Below are positions 1 through 16,388 of a stretch of DNA of 64,000 nt, in pieces; position 1 is the first letter of the stretch, and the number at the start of each line of letters is the position of its first letter. The position numbers and the translations under genes were made by a program. The DNA is from Octopus vulgaris (Eukaryota). Under the pieces are notes generated by a model. It saw nothing but the letters and a program-made list of their open reading frames with translations. It had not been told where the DNA came from and ran no database searches. The stretch lies in assembly GCA_951406725.2 (NCBI GenBank), contig OX597817.1, positions 6,386,001-6,450,000 of the forward strand, in the 5' to 3' direction.

Positions 1-480
1 TACCTGTTGCATGGTCGGGATGTCGGCGACTAAATCGGCGCCCTCACCTGGCATCCCTTGTGAGGAGGGTTATTAGAAACCCAGCAGGATTAAAAATAAA
101 GACCTGTTGAAAGGTCGGATGAACCTAATGCAGGATCAACGGCTATCTAGCAGAATTTTCAGGATGGTGTCCGGCGTGCAAGAAGACTTCTAAGAGTGAG
201 GCACCCCTCAGCTTCAGTTGAAGCATATCTCTAGGAGAAGGTCACTCTGATATAAAACCAGATATACAGGGAATGGCATTGGACATTTTGGGGATCTTTA
301 GTTTGTGCTAGAGATCTTGGCGCTCCTACATCTCTGAGCAAGCGACTCATATTGGTACCAGACATATCGCTCCGGCTTGTCTCTGGATAGCGTCCTTAGA
401 GTGGAGTGGCTCTTTGAGGTGTCGGGCAAATCTTACTGGACCTAAAACTCTGCACAAGCACTGCTGACCTCTGCCCGATA
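1..480 (+). repeat. Interspersed repeat, possibly a LINE 5'-UTR-type fragment; related to 8851-9335
   Basis: Shares ordered motifs with 8851-9335 (gactaaa.cggc, gagggt, accc.gcagga, tcaacggc.atc, ctaggagaaggt.actc); GC-richer than its flanks. Family assignment is inference. Confidence 0.4.
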
Positions 481-963
481 TGTGCTGCATTTTTTCCCAA
501 TATATACTTTTTTCCTTTTCCGTATATATGTAACTTTATTTTTAGTATATATTTATTTATTTTTAGTATATAGAAGAAGGGAGTTTATAATTATGAACAA
601 ATCACAACTATAACTATGAGGGTCTGAAAAACCCTTACGTGTTTAGAAATAACAGTCAAAAACCACTATAAAGCCACTACTATTACTCCTATTGTATACC
701 CTAACACAATACATGTTGTCTGCGGGCGACATGACTTGTAAAATCTACAACTTATAATTAAAAGATTAATTCACCCGCGGAACAGCATTTATTATGAAGA
801 GGCATAGCATGAGTGTTAATAGGGGCTTTATAGAGATTTTTGACTGCTATTTCTAAACATGTTAGGGTTTTTGAAACGTTCTTAGTTATAACTGTGACTT
901 GCTAATAATTATAAACACTCTTCTTCTATGTATTTTATGATAAAATGTTTGGCCATTGATATA

Positions 964-1370
964 CTCTTTACTCTTTTACTTGTTTCAGTCATTTGACTGC
1001 GGCCATGCTGGAGCACCGCCTTTAGTCGAGCAAATCGACCCCGAGACTTATTCTTTGTAATCCCAGTACTTATTCTATCGGTCTCTTTTGCCGAACCGCT
1101 AAGTGACGGGGACGTAAACACACCAGCATCGGTTGTCAAGTAATGCTAGGGGGACAAACACAGACACACAAACACACACCTACATATACATATATATACA
1201 TATATACGACGGGCTTCTTTCAGTTTCCGTCTACCAAATCCACTCACAAGGCATTGGTCGGCCCAGGGCTATAGCAGAAGACACTTGCCCAAGATGCCAC
1301 GCAGTGTGACTGAACTCAGAACCATGTGGTTGGTTAGCAAGCTACTTACCACACAGCCACTTCTGCGCCT
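964..1370 (-). mobile_element. tRNA-derived SINE family A, full length
   Basis: Reverse complement of 33058-33470: head ggcgcag..gtggctgtgtggtaag, tail actgaaacaagtaaaagagtaaaagag. Confidence 0.85.
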
Positions 1371-1635
1371 ATATATTCATAAATAATTATTAATTGTTTA
1401 ATATATATTCTCAGTAATGTGTCATTATATTACTTTTTAATTATTTAATTTTCCCTACTCATATTTGGTGGTTCGCCGTGGCTCGAATGAACCGGTCTTG
1501 TCTCATAAACGCTGTGCATGACGTTTGGATTCAGAATTTGAGATTGTAGATAGAAGTTGACACATTATTCTTGCCGGTCAGGGTACATGTAAGCCCCAGA
1601 GTGAGATCTTGTATCTAATTCTATCTATAGGAATA

Positions 1636-1697
1636 TTCTCCTGAAGAGACGAATGGGACCCTTAATAGGTTCCTAACGTCGAAATTACTATAGAGAA
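1636..1697 (+). ncRNA. Minimal type I hammerhead ribozyme
   Basis: ttctc-CTGAAGA(1641-47)-gacg..gggacc/ggttcc..cgtc-GAAA(1681-84)-ttacta-TA-gagaa; helix I ttctc/gagaa, helix II gacg/cgtc with an extension, 2-bp helix III. Confidence 0.7.
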
Positions 1698-2272
1698 ATT
1701 ACCTTTTTATTTTTAAGTTGTGGATTTTATAAGTCATGTCACCCGCAGACATAATTTATTTTATGATGACCTGTTTGGCCATTGACACATTCATAAATGA
1801 TTATTAATTGTTTTAATTATTTTTAGTATATATTTATTTTATTTTTATTCGGAAGTTTTGCGGCGAAGGGAAGGTGGTGACGCATGCAGATCTGACGGGC
1901 TTGAAACATGTCGTCAGCGACGTGCACGCTGGCAGGCCGTGCTAGATATAAAGTCGTCTCCTTGTCGCCCCTTTTGTGCACTCATAAAGCATCATGTGCC
2001 TCAAATGTTCTTTGGATACTTCCATGTTGGAAAGTGTTTTAATCAAAGAAATTATATTTCTATTATTCTGTAAAATAATATTTAATTCTCTACACCACCT
2101 GTCTTCGTTTTTAGTTTTTTTTCTTTAATCGGACATGTGTTCTGTCCGATTTTACCTTTTTTTAATTGAATAAAATTTAATAGTATTTTAGGATTGTAAT
2201 GGAATTAAAAATTATTCTTATGCTAGATGTAGACCCCCAATAGTCTGACCACCAAGAAAAGGTTGTTCTCAA

Positions 2273-2334
<62 letters not shown>

Positions 2335-3430
2335 GGCGACTATTCTTCAATTCTCGTATTCCAAGCTTACAAGACTCAAGACTCTGATTTTCCCCACCTA
2401 TTGTAGAAAACACTTGCCGAATGTCACACCGAATGAGACCGAAGTCAAGACAACATGATTGTGAGGTACTTACTCACCGAACACGTACACCTTACACCTT
2501 TCAAATGATATCCCGTTACACAACGGATATGAAAATCAGAACAATTATTTGCGTAGAAGGTGGCTTACGTTTTGTAGAGTTTACAAATAACATCAAGAAC
2601 GTTTAAAAACGATAATATTGCAATGAAATATTAAAGGCGGGATGCAAAACAGCATTATAAGAGAGAAATACACACACACACACACATACACACATACACA
2701 CACACTAACACACACACACATATGCTAACGTTGAACTGTGAGAATAAGTGCTCAACACTACGTCGGATGAGGAGTATTCTTTTCTTTTGTTGTGCGTTAA
2801 CCAGACTACTAATGGTTTCATGTCATTAGGGATCCCTATACAAGCCCGCCCATTTGTAGCCTTTCTAACCCACAAATAAAGTATATATAAATATATATCG
2901 AGAGACAGACAGACAAATAGATAGATAAATAGGACTGAACACAAATAACTTTATCGTGAAGTTAAATTCATTTCCAAAGTGTTATGTAAGTGTGTGATTG
3001 TACATGCGTGTATATATGTGTGTATTCGTGAATATAACTATGTATGTATGCATATATATAAATATGTGTGTATGTGTGTGTGTCTGTGTTTGTGAATCTG
3101 TGTGTGTGCATGCATATATATACGCGTAAAACACACGCACAGGCATACGTAGGTATTGCGGTAAAACTGTCACTTCTCAATCATGCGGATTCAGAGTCTG
3201 TCCTACTGAATGACACCTTAGACAAGTGTGTTCCAGTGTAGCCACATTTCGATCAATATATCGTGGACGAACTTAGCTTTTCTGCTCAAGAGAAGTAATT
3301 ACTAGTTTCAAAATGTTTGATGTCGTCAATATGGTCAACTAAATACCTGAAGGCAGTGTACAAATGTTACTGCATTCCAGTCTTCAGTATGTGTATGTAT
3401 ATATATATGCGTGTGTGTGTGTGTGTATAC

Positions 3431-3920
3431 ATATCATCATCATCATCATCATTGTTCGACCGTAGTCGAGACAATGGAATTTACCATGCTACGTCAGACT
3501 TCACGGTCCATCGTGGCATTACGGAGGTCCTGTTGCTGGATGCCTGTATCCCTGGAGATTACATCAGGGTAGGAGAGTGTGCGCCCTCTGGTATTGCGAG
3601 AAGATGGCTTCCAGAGGAGAAGAGTAGAAATTACCTCTTTTTCAGCTCTACAACAATGTCCAGCAAACTGGACTCTCCTACCTTTCACAAGAGATGACAC
3701 AGGTGGTAGTTTCCCATATATTTGAATTTTGGTTGGATGGCGCTTCCACGAGAGATTTTGAGCTCTCATAAGGAGGTGAGTATAGGTTCCATCCAACCGC
3801 CTCTCAAGCTTCTTTGATAACGTCCAGGTTTCTGAGCCATATAGTAGAATTGGTTCGACTGTGGCTTTGAAGATTTCAAGTTTGAAGTCTCTACTTAGAT
3901 TTGATGACCAGATCTTATGC
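3431..3920 (-). mobile_element. RTE-clade LINE, 5'-truncated 3' end with (GAT)n tail
   Basis: ORF 3494-4063 contains FKATVEPILLYGSETWTL..RRVQFAGHC, the typical post-RT region of RTE elements; tail catcatcatcat at 3431-3451. Confidence 0.85.
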
Positions 3921-4014
3921 ATATACATATACATACATATATATATATATACATATACACACACACATATATATATAGAGAGAGAGTGATTGATTGATTG
4001 GTAGATAGATAGAT

Positions 4015-4372
4015 AAACTCTTTTATTTGTTTCAGTTAGCTTATTGCAGTTATACTGGAGCATCGGCTTTAGTCGAGCGAATCGACCCCAAGACTTATTC
4101 TTTGTAAGCCTAGCACTTATTCTATTGCTATATTGAGTTATATGGACGTAAACACACTAACACCAGCTGTTAAGCGATGCTGGGGGAAGAAACACAGACA
4201 CACAAACACATACACACACACACACACGACAGGTTTCCTTCAGTTTCCGTCTATTTTGATCGGCCCGAGGTTTTAGTAGAAAACACTTTTCCAAGAGGCC
4301 ATGCAGTGGAACCGAATCCTCGAAGCATGGGGTTGTGAAGCAAGCTTCTTACCACAAAGCCACTCCTGCGCC
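4015..4372 (-). mobile_element. SINE family A, degenerate
   Basis: Matches 964-1370 with deletions. Confidence 0.8.
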
Positions 4373-4964
4373 TACACACATACACACATATACATATATC
4401 TGTGTGTATATGTGTATGTTTGTGCGTTTGTATGTGTGTGCGCAAGAGAGGGTGTGTGTTTGTGTCAACTTTTGAGTGTGTCAGTGCCTGTGCCCACCCG
4501 TGTGTGCATATGAGCGGACCCGGGATTTATCGATAATTATGAACATGGTAAATATACAGAGAATCAAGAATTCAATGTGCTAAAGTGCGAAGGCTAAATG
4601 CTTCTAAGATTTATAAAAAATCGTGTCCGAATAAATTTCACTGTGTGTGTTTTAATCGGACACACAGGACCGTGTGGTTGTAATTTAGTAAATACAAAAA
4701 TGCACCTTATACAGATATATATCTAGCTAAGAACGTAAATATATACAAGAAATTGAACATAGTTCAACCGCATGAGGCAATGCGATGAGTGACAGATAGT
4801 GGGATGTTAGTTTACAGAGGATATGCTTATAACGATGACAATAATTACGATACTGCTGAAAAGGAAGTGGACAGTAAAAATATTAGTGGCGGTATTGCCG
4901 TTTAATAACGATGCGGGCAATGGTTATTAGTAGGTGATATTGGAGTGGCTATATTGTCGATAAT

Positions 4965-5106
4965 GCTTTTTACTCTAGGCAAAAGGCCGGAAATTTTGGG
5001 GAAGGGGCCAGTCGACCTCGTCGGAATTTGAACTCAGAACGTGAAAACGGACGAGATACCGCTAAGCATTTCGCCCGGCGTGCTAACGATTCTGCCAGCT
5101 CGCCGC
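4965..5106 (-). mobile_element. tRNA-derived SINE family B, internally deleted
   Basis: Reverse complement head ggcgagctggcagaatcgttagcacgccgggcgaaatgcttagcgg, as at 49199 and 56165. Confidence 0.8.
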
Positions 5107-5119
5107 ATCATAATAGGAA

Positions 5120-5214
5120 TGCTTACAGCACCTAAGTTTCCCAAGCAGTCACCCATCTAAGTACAAACTAGGCTCGATGTTGCTTAACTTCGGTGATCGG
5201 ACGAGAAGCGGTGC
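5120..5214 (-). pseudogene. 5S rRNA pseudogene, 5'-truncated
   Basis: Reverse complement gcaccgcttctcgtccgatcaccgaagttaagcaacatcgagcctagtttgtacttagatgggtgactgcttgggaaacttaggtgctgtaagc follows eukaryotic 5S (box A, box C) with substitutions; about the first 20 nt are missing. Confidence 0.85.
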
Positions 5215-5506
5215 TGTGTTACTGTTGGAGAACATTAATGGCAAAGAATACAGTAATATTGTCGTAAATTCTTTAAAAATCCTTATAGAAATTAATTTGG
5301 AGAGGCAATTTATACAATCGGATTCACTGAGGCTACACATATAAAGATATATCAACCCACTATGCAAGTATGCACACAAATATGCGCATATTCACAAAAA
5401 CAAAATAACATACCAGCGTTATATTGAAATGGTACATAGCACACACACATACATATATGCACAGTATGTATGTGTGTGTGTGTGTGTGTCGTTTGTACAA
5501 GTATAA

Positions 5507-7665
<2,159 letters not shown>

Positions 7666-8583
7666 GGCGCCTTTATTGACTTTCTTGGCTAAGTGGTTTG
7701 ATAAACCATTATTGCAATCATTGTAAAATATATAATTTTCACTTAGCATCGACAAACACTTCACCGTCAATATCTTTCTGGCCACGTGTCGTAAAGCTAG
7801 ATGACATAAAAATGTTAGATGCCTTTGTAACTCCTTATATATGACGTAACTGAAAATTGATATAACATCTCAGTGTTGAGTAGCTTTTATGTAATATAAA
7901 TGTAGAAGTAACTTCCATAGTAAAGAACGTTTATGATTATTTACTTAGCTATAGGTGATGTGGCCCGGTTGAAATGTTATAGCCCCATTGTGTCATTACT
8001 AATGATATCCAATTTTATGCTCGAGTTTCATTGAATTGACATATTTCATACAGTGTTTGAACAGAAATATCAGATCGTCATGCATATAGGCGTTTTAATA
8101 TTAGTACACTCAGTCAGAGAGCTAGATAACGTCATTAGATTTAGGCTCAAGACCAGCAGGTTTTAAGTACAATGCATCAGTCGTTTACACCGACTTGAGA
8201 ACTTTATTGATATTTATTTCATCAACTCTGAAACTTTAGGTAGCACAGTTTAATTCAGAGGGAAATGAAGCCAGAACAACAAGATCCAATACATTTCAAA
8301 CACGAGTTTCTATATAATAGTGACAGAAGCATTGTTAATAACAAAAGATAATATTTATCTCCCTTTTTGTTATTTACCAAGTAAGAACCTCTCATATCAA
8401 CTCTTGGTGCATTAAAACACCCGCGTTTATATGGTTGATGGGCGGTAATCTATTGTGGTACATAACGCAGTATTCAAACACAAAACCCACACTAAATAGG
8501 ACATGAATAGGTTCTGAATTAGGGAAAATCTAAGGAAGTTGAGGCTTGTGGTTTGGAGATAACTATGGTAGAGCATACGGCAA

Positions 8584-8672
<89 letters not shown>

Positions 8673-8850
8673 TTATATGTATGCATGTATGTATGTACAT
8701 ATGTATATGTGCAGGTTTGTATGTTTTGCTTTATGTATGTTCTCTCCTTCATAGAGCTAATTTCCACAACTGTGAACAGATTCTCTTCTCTATACCAAAA
8801 TATATGTATATATGCATGTATGTATCTATGTATGCATGTATGCATGTATG

Positions 8851-9335
8851 TGACTAAACCGGCAAGCCCACCATACTTGCTTGGTGAAGAGGGTGTTTAT
8901 TGGACACCCTGCAGGATGAAAAACAAAACCCGTCAAAGGGCGGAGGAACTCTTGAGAGTCAACGGCCATCCAATAAATGTCTTAAGGCTGTAAAATGCGC
9001 GGGGACATAGAAATAATCGGACTGAATACCCGATCACGCAGTTAAACCATTGGGAGTGAAGGACTCCTAGCGTTTGTTAGAGCATCTTTCTAGGAGAAGG
9101 TAACTCAGGACACTTGGATAACTCCGACATAAATCTGCGACTCAGTGGTTACCGATGATGTTGACTTGTTCTTCTTTTCGGATTATGGCTGCTGTTGCTT
9201 AGTGAGTGGGATTAACTGAGTGCACAGCCTTTCCTCACTTTAAAAAAAGATCTTCTTGCACAGGCATTGCATGATAACAACATTAATTAAGCTTCGTGCA
9301 ATGGCCATACTCGATAACGAGGGGGCAGCCACCAT
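8851..9335 (+). repeat. Interspersed repeat, possibly a LINE 5'-UTR-type fragment; related to 1-480
   Basis: Motif-level similarity to 1-480; embedded in (TATG)n on both sides. Confidence 0.4.
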
Positions 9336-12300
9336 GTATGTATGTATATGTATATTTATACATACACATGAATTTTCATCTTTGTGCGTGCATGTGTTTT
9401 GAATGTATTCAGGGAAGTCCGGTTTCCGAATCCTTATGACTTAAGTTGTACAAGTGTTCCCTTATTTTTCCTTGCTTTCTTTTTAACTACAGCTTTTTGT
9501 AAGCATAGGCTTTTGTGAATTAATGCGGAGACTGTGATACGTAAATCCTGGTGATTGAACTGCAGATGATTGTCAAATGTGTGACCCTTTCAAAAACAAT
9601 CACATTTGTTAATGGTGAGAACCCCACTGGAATATATAATGCTGAGTAATACTCACTCATGTAAAAGTTAATCGAAATGTTAGGCACTTCTGTCGATCGA
9701 TGAGTGGAAATATTTGTAATCTGGCCCGACGAAGATCCATTTTCTTTTATTTTATATATGAATTCATACGAAAACGATTGGCAATAATTTCTGGCTGCTG
9801 ATATACAAGAGGGAAGTTTCTCCCCTACAAATTTTATTAGCTTAGTCTATCAAGAACTTCGTATTGGAAATTCTATGTGGAATTGCTAAAACGTATGAAA
9901 ATGCACGCCTCAATAACAACATATTTTAATAATAGAACATCATCAGTGAAGTGAAATACCAGCACTTAGAAAGTAATTGTTATTGAAAACAATAGCCGAC
10001 TAACAAATTAATAAATAAATAAAAACACTGGGGGATACAAACATAAATGGCTATGCAGATGTATGTATGTGCGTTTGTGAGTATGTATATATATATTATG
10101 TATGCATATGTATATATATTTCTCTCTCTCTCTATATATATATACCATATAAACATACTTACATTGATACATGCATGCACACTTACGTAATACTACGTAC
10201 GTACATACATACACACGTACATACGTACATACATACATGCATACACACGTACGTACGTACATACATACGTACGTACATACATACATATATACAGACATGC
10301 GTACACAGGCAGATGTAAGTCTGGGAGAAACGTGTTATCATGAGATAGATCCGTATTAGTTGGGACTAATGTGCTTAGTCTTCTTATATTTAACTGTTAT
10401 CATTAATAATAGAGTCCATTTCTGACTCAGGTGTATCTAGTTATTAACTGCCATGTTCTGTTTTTTCTACGTATGTATTCGTCTATTCATTCATCGTGGC
10501 AACTAGTAACAAATTTGGCTGCCTATTTCGATCTACCTCCTTATGTATGCATGCATGAAAGTATGTGTATATTGCTTCCTTTTGTAACACACATACACAC
10601 ACACATGTATACACATAGCCACTTGCGTGCATTTATATATATATACATATGTATGTATGCTTGTGTATTTGTGCGTTTCCTTGAGTGCGCTTGCGTGTAC
10701 AACAATAAGGTTACATAGAGAAACAGTCCTTCAACAGCAAAAAAGCAGATAATACGTTTGAGATGTTTTTCATAGTTTTTCTTTTTATATCGTGTTTCAC
10801 TTTGTCATTTGTAAATTAATTACAAAGGCAGGAAATAATGAAAGTCCCAAGTTATATATTTCCTATATCAATATTGCATACTGAATAACAAATTTACAAG
10901 TATGAAATTAATGCTGGCTTCACTTCTGGCACCGCTACTTCCTATTTATTTCCTGAGTTGGATATATATTATTCAAGAGGTATGTGTTTCACCGACTTCA
11001 ATACTAGCAGCAACAAACACTGTTAATTATTATTTTGTTGCTTTTTTTCTTGTAGTTTTTCACGTTTCTACATACATGTTATTTTTTTCATATTTGAAAA
11101 CAAAAATTCCAACACAATTTTCAATTCTCCTTGCGCACTCACACAACAAACACTCATTGCATACAAATACAAATATTCATATATATTATATAGAAACAGA
11201 CAATGAAAGAGAGAACGTGAGAGATAAATAAAATGATAAATGAATTCGTACTAATGCATACACACACACATAGATAGCATACATAGATAGTGTGATATGT
11301 ACACAGGCAGATCAGGTATATGGTCTGAGGCAGAGAATGGAAAGTGTACAGCGTATTAGAAATCAGTTGCTTAATAATCGATAGGATAATGTTGAATGTG
11401 AAGAACAACGCGCAAAAAATTACATTTATGGTATAATACAAAGAAATTTGCAGATGCTATACCCGGCCAATATATTTAGATTCATGGCTGTCGTCACGGA
11501 GGCACTGTGTCCTGTAACATAATGCCTCAATTCTGAGCTTGAAAACGGAGATTCATGACTTCCAGAAAAGAAATGGTTGAATAATAAAAATTATAATTAC
11601 AAACGATTAATAGAAGGGTAGAAGTATATAAAATTTCTTGGGATTTAGCCAAAAGTATGTACAACACAAGCTTTTGCATACTAACAGATATAAGAGGATG
11701 TTAACCATTGCTACCCTCATTTTTGCCTCTACACGTCATGTGGGTATGCTTCTAGCAGATTACACAATAGAATTTTTTTTATATATTTGGATGGCACGTT
11801 TTCAGATATATACCCTGTGTTTAATGTTTTTTAAGCAAGTTCATAGTGAAATATTGAAGTATTTTGAATTATAAACTATTACAGTTAGTAAGATAATGCA
11901 GTTTGTAAATCTCACAAATCTGTAAAGCGCCAAATATTTCCACTTTTGAGTCGTCGAAGTCCGCACACATTTTAATGGTGGAGGTCAACGTTACATCCAT
12001 AATATATCCCGGAGGTGAATTACTGAGAAAAATCTTCTCTCGCAGCTCAAATTCTTTCAGTTGTCCTCTATACCAGCTGCACAGGTATGTTATGTTTGTA
12101 TAAGACTGTTTCATGTCTCACTTAATTAAAAAGCTTGTTAGAACGAAGGACTCCGATTGGAAGTAATGATCGAGATGATTGGGTAGCAAGTTACCCCTTT
12201 CTAATCATCAAGACCTCTTTTAAGCTTCTTTGGCCAAAATTTATATGCTGTTCCTCCCTCTTATATGCCGGACAACTGTGTTTCAACATGAACTTTATGA

Positions 12301-14329
12301 GCTTCACATTTCTAACAAAGCTTTGGAGAAAATATATGAAATGTCTTGTACATGTTTTGTAGGTTTGTAAACGGTTGGTCGTGACATCTTCGTAGTTTGA
12401 TTCTGAATTACGTCATACCTACCTTATGTTTTCTCTCAACCAGAGAAACTACGCTACAACTTCTTCGCTATTTCTATAGCTGTAAACATTTCATATTGCT
12501 TTCGTATGGGCGGTTGCAGAGTCGTGAATCGTCACTGATTCATTTATTTGCACGTTTATGTGCAGAGTATCTATTTAAATTGTTCAATTAGCATTCCATT
12601 TACGTTGAAACAATCCCTAACAACAGCCCACCTGCATCAAAGCTGCAAATCTTCGGGATATTAAAGAAATTCTTCCTTATATTGTATCGACTTTGCAATT
12701 TTTGGTATGGCATTCTTATTGAATTCATTCGTGTTTGCGATAGATCACTCGCGTGATTGATTCGTGATCCTACTTCTTTCTTCTCTTAACAATTTTGTGA
12801 ATCCTGGCATTTCTGTTTTAAAGTAAGCCAAGTCACTCCTCGCGATAGAGCCATTAAAATCATCATTGGAATATATGAAACTTAATTAAAAAAATGCACA
12901 CCTGGTTTTGATTGATATAATGACTTAATTTTTAACCAACAGGCAGCCTTGGATTAGTAGATGAGTGATCACAAATATTCCAGACGTCAAATTCAGACAA
13001 TATTCATTGCAAACATTGTTTCATGTTAACCATATTATAACAGTTTCTTCTGAACATCGTTGTGTGTGTGTGTGTGTGTGTGGAGTGACGTGAGGCGGGA
13101 TATGTTGTATACAGCTTGCCAGATTTGAAATTCTTTTTATAAGACAATAAGTAACAAGGTGTGTTCTCTCTTGTTTTACTCTTAATAAGAAAATCTGTGC
13201 TTTTTGCCAACCTAGAAATATTAGTCTAATTTCTACCAAATAGGTCCGTATCGCTTAAAATACTTAAGTACATTTTAAATAATTTTAAATAATATAGTTT
13301 TATTCTCTAGTTAAAGGAAAAGACTGTTATTATGCTAGTATGATATTGATTATGGCCCCTCAACGAGAGATGAGTCTTAATAATGTAGCAACGGAACGGA
13401 ACTAAATTTTCAGAAACGATATAATAAGTCTGTCGTGAAATTGCTTCCCTGTCATTACAAAAAATAACATACTTTAGTGCAGATATAACTGCATCTGACA
13501 TGAGTATTGAAATGCGTATGTTTGGATGTAGCATGGATATTGGTATTCTGCAACTGACAATATCATAAATAACATTATTCTTGTTACAACTTTTAGAATA
13601 CATCTACTATTCAATGCTAATATTCGTCTCATAGAAGAAGACTGTTGTATGAGAAAGATATTCTAATTAAATTTGAGTTATTTTGTGCCATCGTATTAGT
13701 GTGTTTTGTCATCTGCTCAGTTGAATCGAGTTTAAAAGCAATTATCTTCATCTACTACGGTAACCTGGAATAATATTTAAGCAAAGTGCTCTTCCCTTAT
13801 TACTATATTTATATATTGCCTTCAATAATAATTAGTTATCGTTGAATGTCCTAGAAGCAGGAACTTACTAATCAAGTGTCCACTTAAGATCAACCTCTTT
13901 TCCGACTTTTGTGTGGAGTGTTAGACTTCTGTCTTTGTAAGATTTTCCACCTATGTGCACGTTCTGAAGATATCGTTCGGAAAATACCTGCTGATTATAT
14001 TACATGACACTACACGTTTAGCAAACACTACTCTAGGTGATATTAGTTAATATCAGGTTGCTGTTTATGAAAGAATATGCTCTTTAGAAATCATTTTTAC
14101 TCTCTCCCGTCTACATTTTGATCTACAAAATATCCCACATATACAAGATTTATAGAAAAAAATGTCTAAACTCGTGAACATTCCATGCAATTTATTAATA
14201 TACTAAATTACAATGTATTGCTGTTAAAATAATACCCATTTAAAATAAACTTACCACAAAAATGTTACAGCACTGATATCACTGTCAAGATCAGTAGCAT
14301 GGAGTACAAGACGAAAACAGCAAAAGCCT

Positions 14330-14733
14330 TCCATCATACAAGAACCGGCTCTCTTTTGTTTTATGGGTAGTGTTCAGCTGATGAAATCTTTCATCATGAT
14401 CATCACTGATCTTTCCCAAGTCGAAAGGCGAGAAATTTAAATAATGAAGCCTGAAGAGCATTTTGATACTCTGTGCATCGAACGAATACAGTTAATATAG
14501 TTCAGCCGGGCTCCGATTTCTTTCCCAGGAAGTTTTCAACTGTCTTTAACACAGCATCTTAAGCCCGTCATTCAACTTCAATAAATAAATTTCTGAACAT
14601 CTATGTTAACATCACGAACATGTTTTTTTCTTTTAAATCTTTGTTTCACTTAATCGAGAAAAGATATCTTTAATCAAATAGATTGCTTGCCACTCAGTGT
14701 CAAGTTATTTCAAAAATCTTTGAAGACTCCCAG

Positions 14734-14791
<58 letters not shown>

Positions 14792-15986
14792 TGGTAACAT
14801 AGTTAGCTCAGGTGAAATCAGGGTATGTATTGAGCACTTTTATTTTCCAGTTTCCATTCATGACCTACTGGCCAATCTTACCGACTGCAGTGCTCATTTC
14901 GAATTCAGCTTTTCTGGGGGTACATAAAACAGGAATGCCTCGCGTAGCCCTTTGGCATTCCAGTTAAAAATCTATGAAAGGAAAGGAAAGTAACATGTTG
15001 ATTCTTCGAATAACCTACTGGAGTCTCTGGGTACTTGTTCCCAACATCAAAAGTTTTTACATTTAAACTGGAAATTCCCAGTGTCATCGTCAAACGAGTT
15101 ATGTTTCAGCATTAAAACAAATCCAGTTCATCGTGTGTGTCAAAAAATCAACAAATATCACTCAGTGATATTTACAAGCTAAGTAAGCATCATTCTAGGA
15201 AAGTCCCAAATTTAGAACAAAATGATCCAGTTGTTCTTGACTTATTTTTGAGCATGAATAAGGATTGGCAAAACCCTTGTCATAAGCTTGTTCATTACAC
15301 CAAGATTCTTCATCAGAATCATCATTTGACACACTCAACAGTTGATTGTTTGACACAGGAGGAATTTCATTTCCGTATTGCTGTGGTGTTATAATAGGTG
15401 GATAACTAAAATAATTGATATACTTTGCAGTTTTCATATTAAATTCCCCCAAAATTAGTAGTGCAAAAGTAGCACTCAGTAGAAAACTGCCTTTGTTCTC
15501 GCCATGCTATTGATTTGGCCACACAATATGTGTAGTAAAACATTTATCTTTTCCTCCAAATTGAATTTTGAAATAATCCTTGTATCTTGCTTGTATGAGT
15601 GGCGTGATGTTTCTCGTTCAGTCTTTGAAAGCATATTCCCCACAGATGTAGCAAAAGTGATGTGTGTGCTAATCCAAGTCACAATAACATCCGAAACGCT
15701 TATTGAAATCAACGTTGTAAAATATATAGTTATACAGCTCTCTCTAATAATACGCTGTCACTAAAGCAACAAAGGCATTCTTAGAAGCCAAACACAAACA
15801 CTTTAACTTTTGCATGCTACGTTACATTTCTGTAAATTTAGTAAATTTTTTCATCTTGAAGATCAAAGTGTCATGGGACAAAACAGACCTTATATTCAGA
15901 GAGAAGATCATAAAATTGTCGAAAATCATAACAAAACCATACCATTCGCTTCGTAAAGAAATGTTTTTTCATTTTGCCATGCAGTG
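14330..15986 (-). mobile_element. Chapaev-like (CMC superfamily) DNA transposon relic
   Basis: Minus-strand terminus CACTG at 15986; frameshifted transposase motifs HFCYICGEY (~15630-15660), SQEQLDHFVLNLGLS, GMPKGYARHSCF; left end uncertain. Confidence 0.65.
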
Positions 15987-16388
15987 TTATCTAAATTGTT
16001 AATTTTTGTTTGTCTTGTCTTGAAGTTAAATGAAAGAATGATCACCTATTGAATGTTTTGATCAGAGGTCAACCAGTTTAGTGTTTAACTGGGTCAAGGA
16101 ACAATAAGAACTTGTATATGAGTTCACTTCAGTCTCAGAATATAGATTCGTAGAGCATTTGGCAATTTTGAGTAATTTATATTGTATTGTTCCCAATATT
16201 TACACAGTATTTGATAAAAAAAGAAAAACAAAACTTTAAATCAGTACTATAAATCATTAGTAATTATAACACTTCGGTGCATCTCGTATGATACGTTTTC
16301 TGTAAAATTTCCTTGTATTTCTTCGTGCCTGTTGAAATGGTCAAGGTTCTGCACATGATCAATTTTATCTCGACATTTTTCAATTCTA

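Larger units (their letters stand above)
570..1815. mobile_element. Hammerhead-bearing non-coding element with interleaved inverted repeats (Penelope pLTR-like relic), interrupted by a SINE
   Basis: IR A 570-675 / 824-929; IR B 717-754 / 1714-1751; direct repeat 931-964+1371-1400 vs 1758-1815; hammerhead at 1636-1697. Confidence 0.6.

Noticed and set aside
909-1139. ORF MTTDAGVF.. recurring at 33291
   Set aside because: Read-through of SINE family A, not a gene
1880-1925. GAAA-catg-TC and CTGACG as a hammerhead
   Set aside because: No CUGANGA correctly placed with helices I and II; better read as a simple ctgacg/cgtcag hairpin
14376-14390. Isolated CTGANGA matches (also ~9942, 13965, 49642, 56672)
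   Set aside because: No paired helix II, GAAA and UH arrangement
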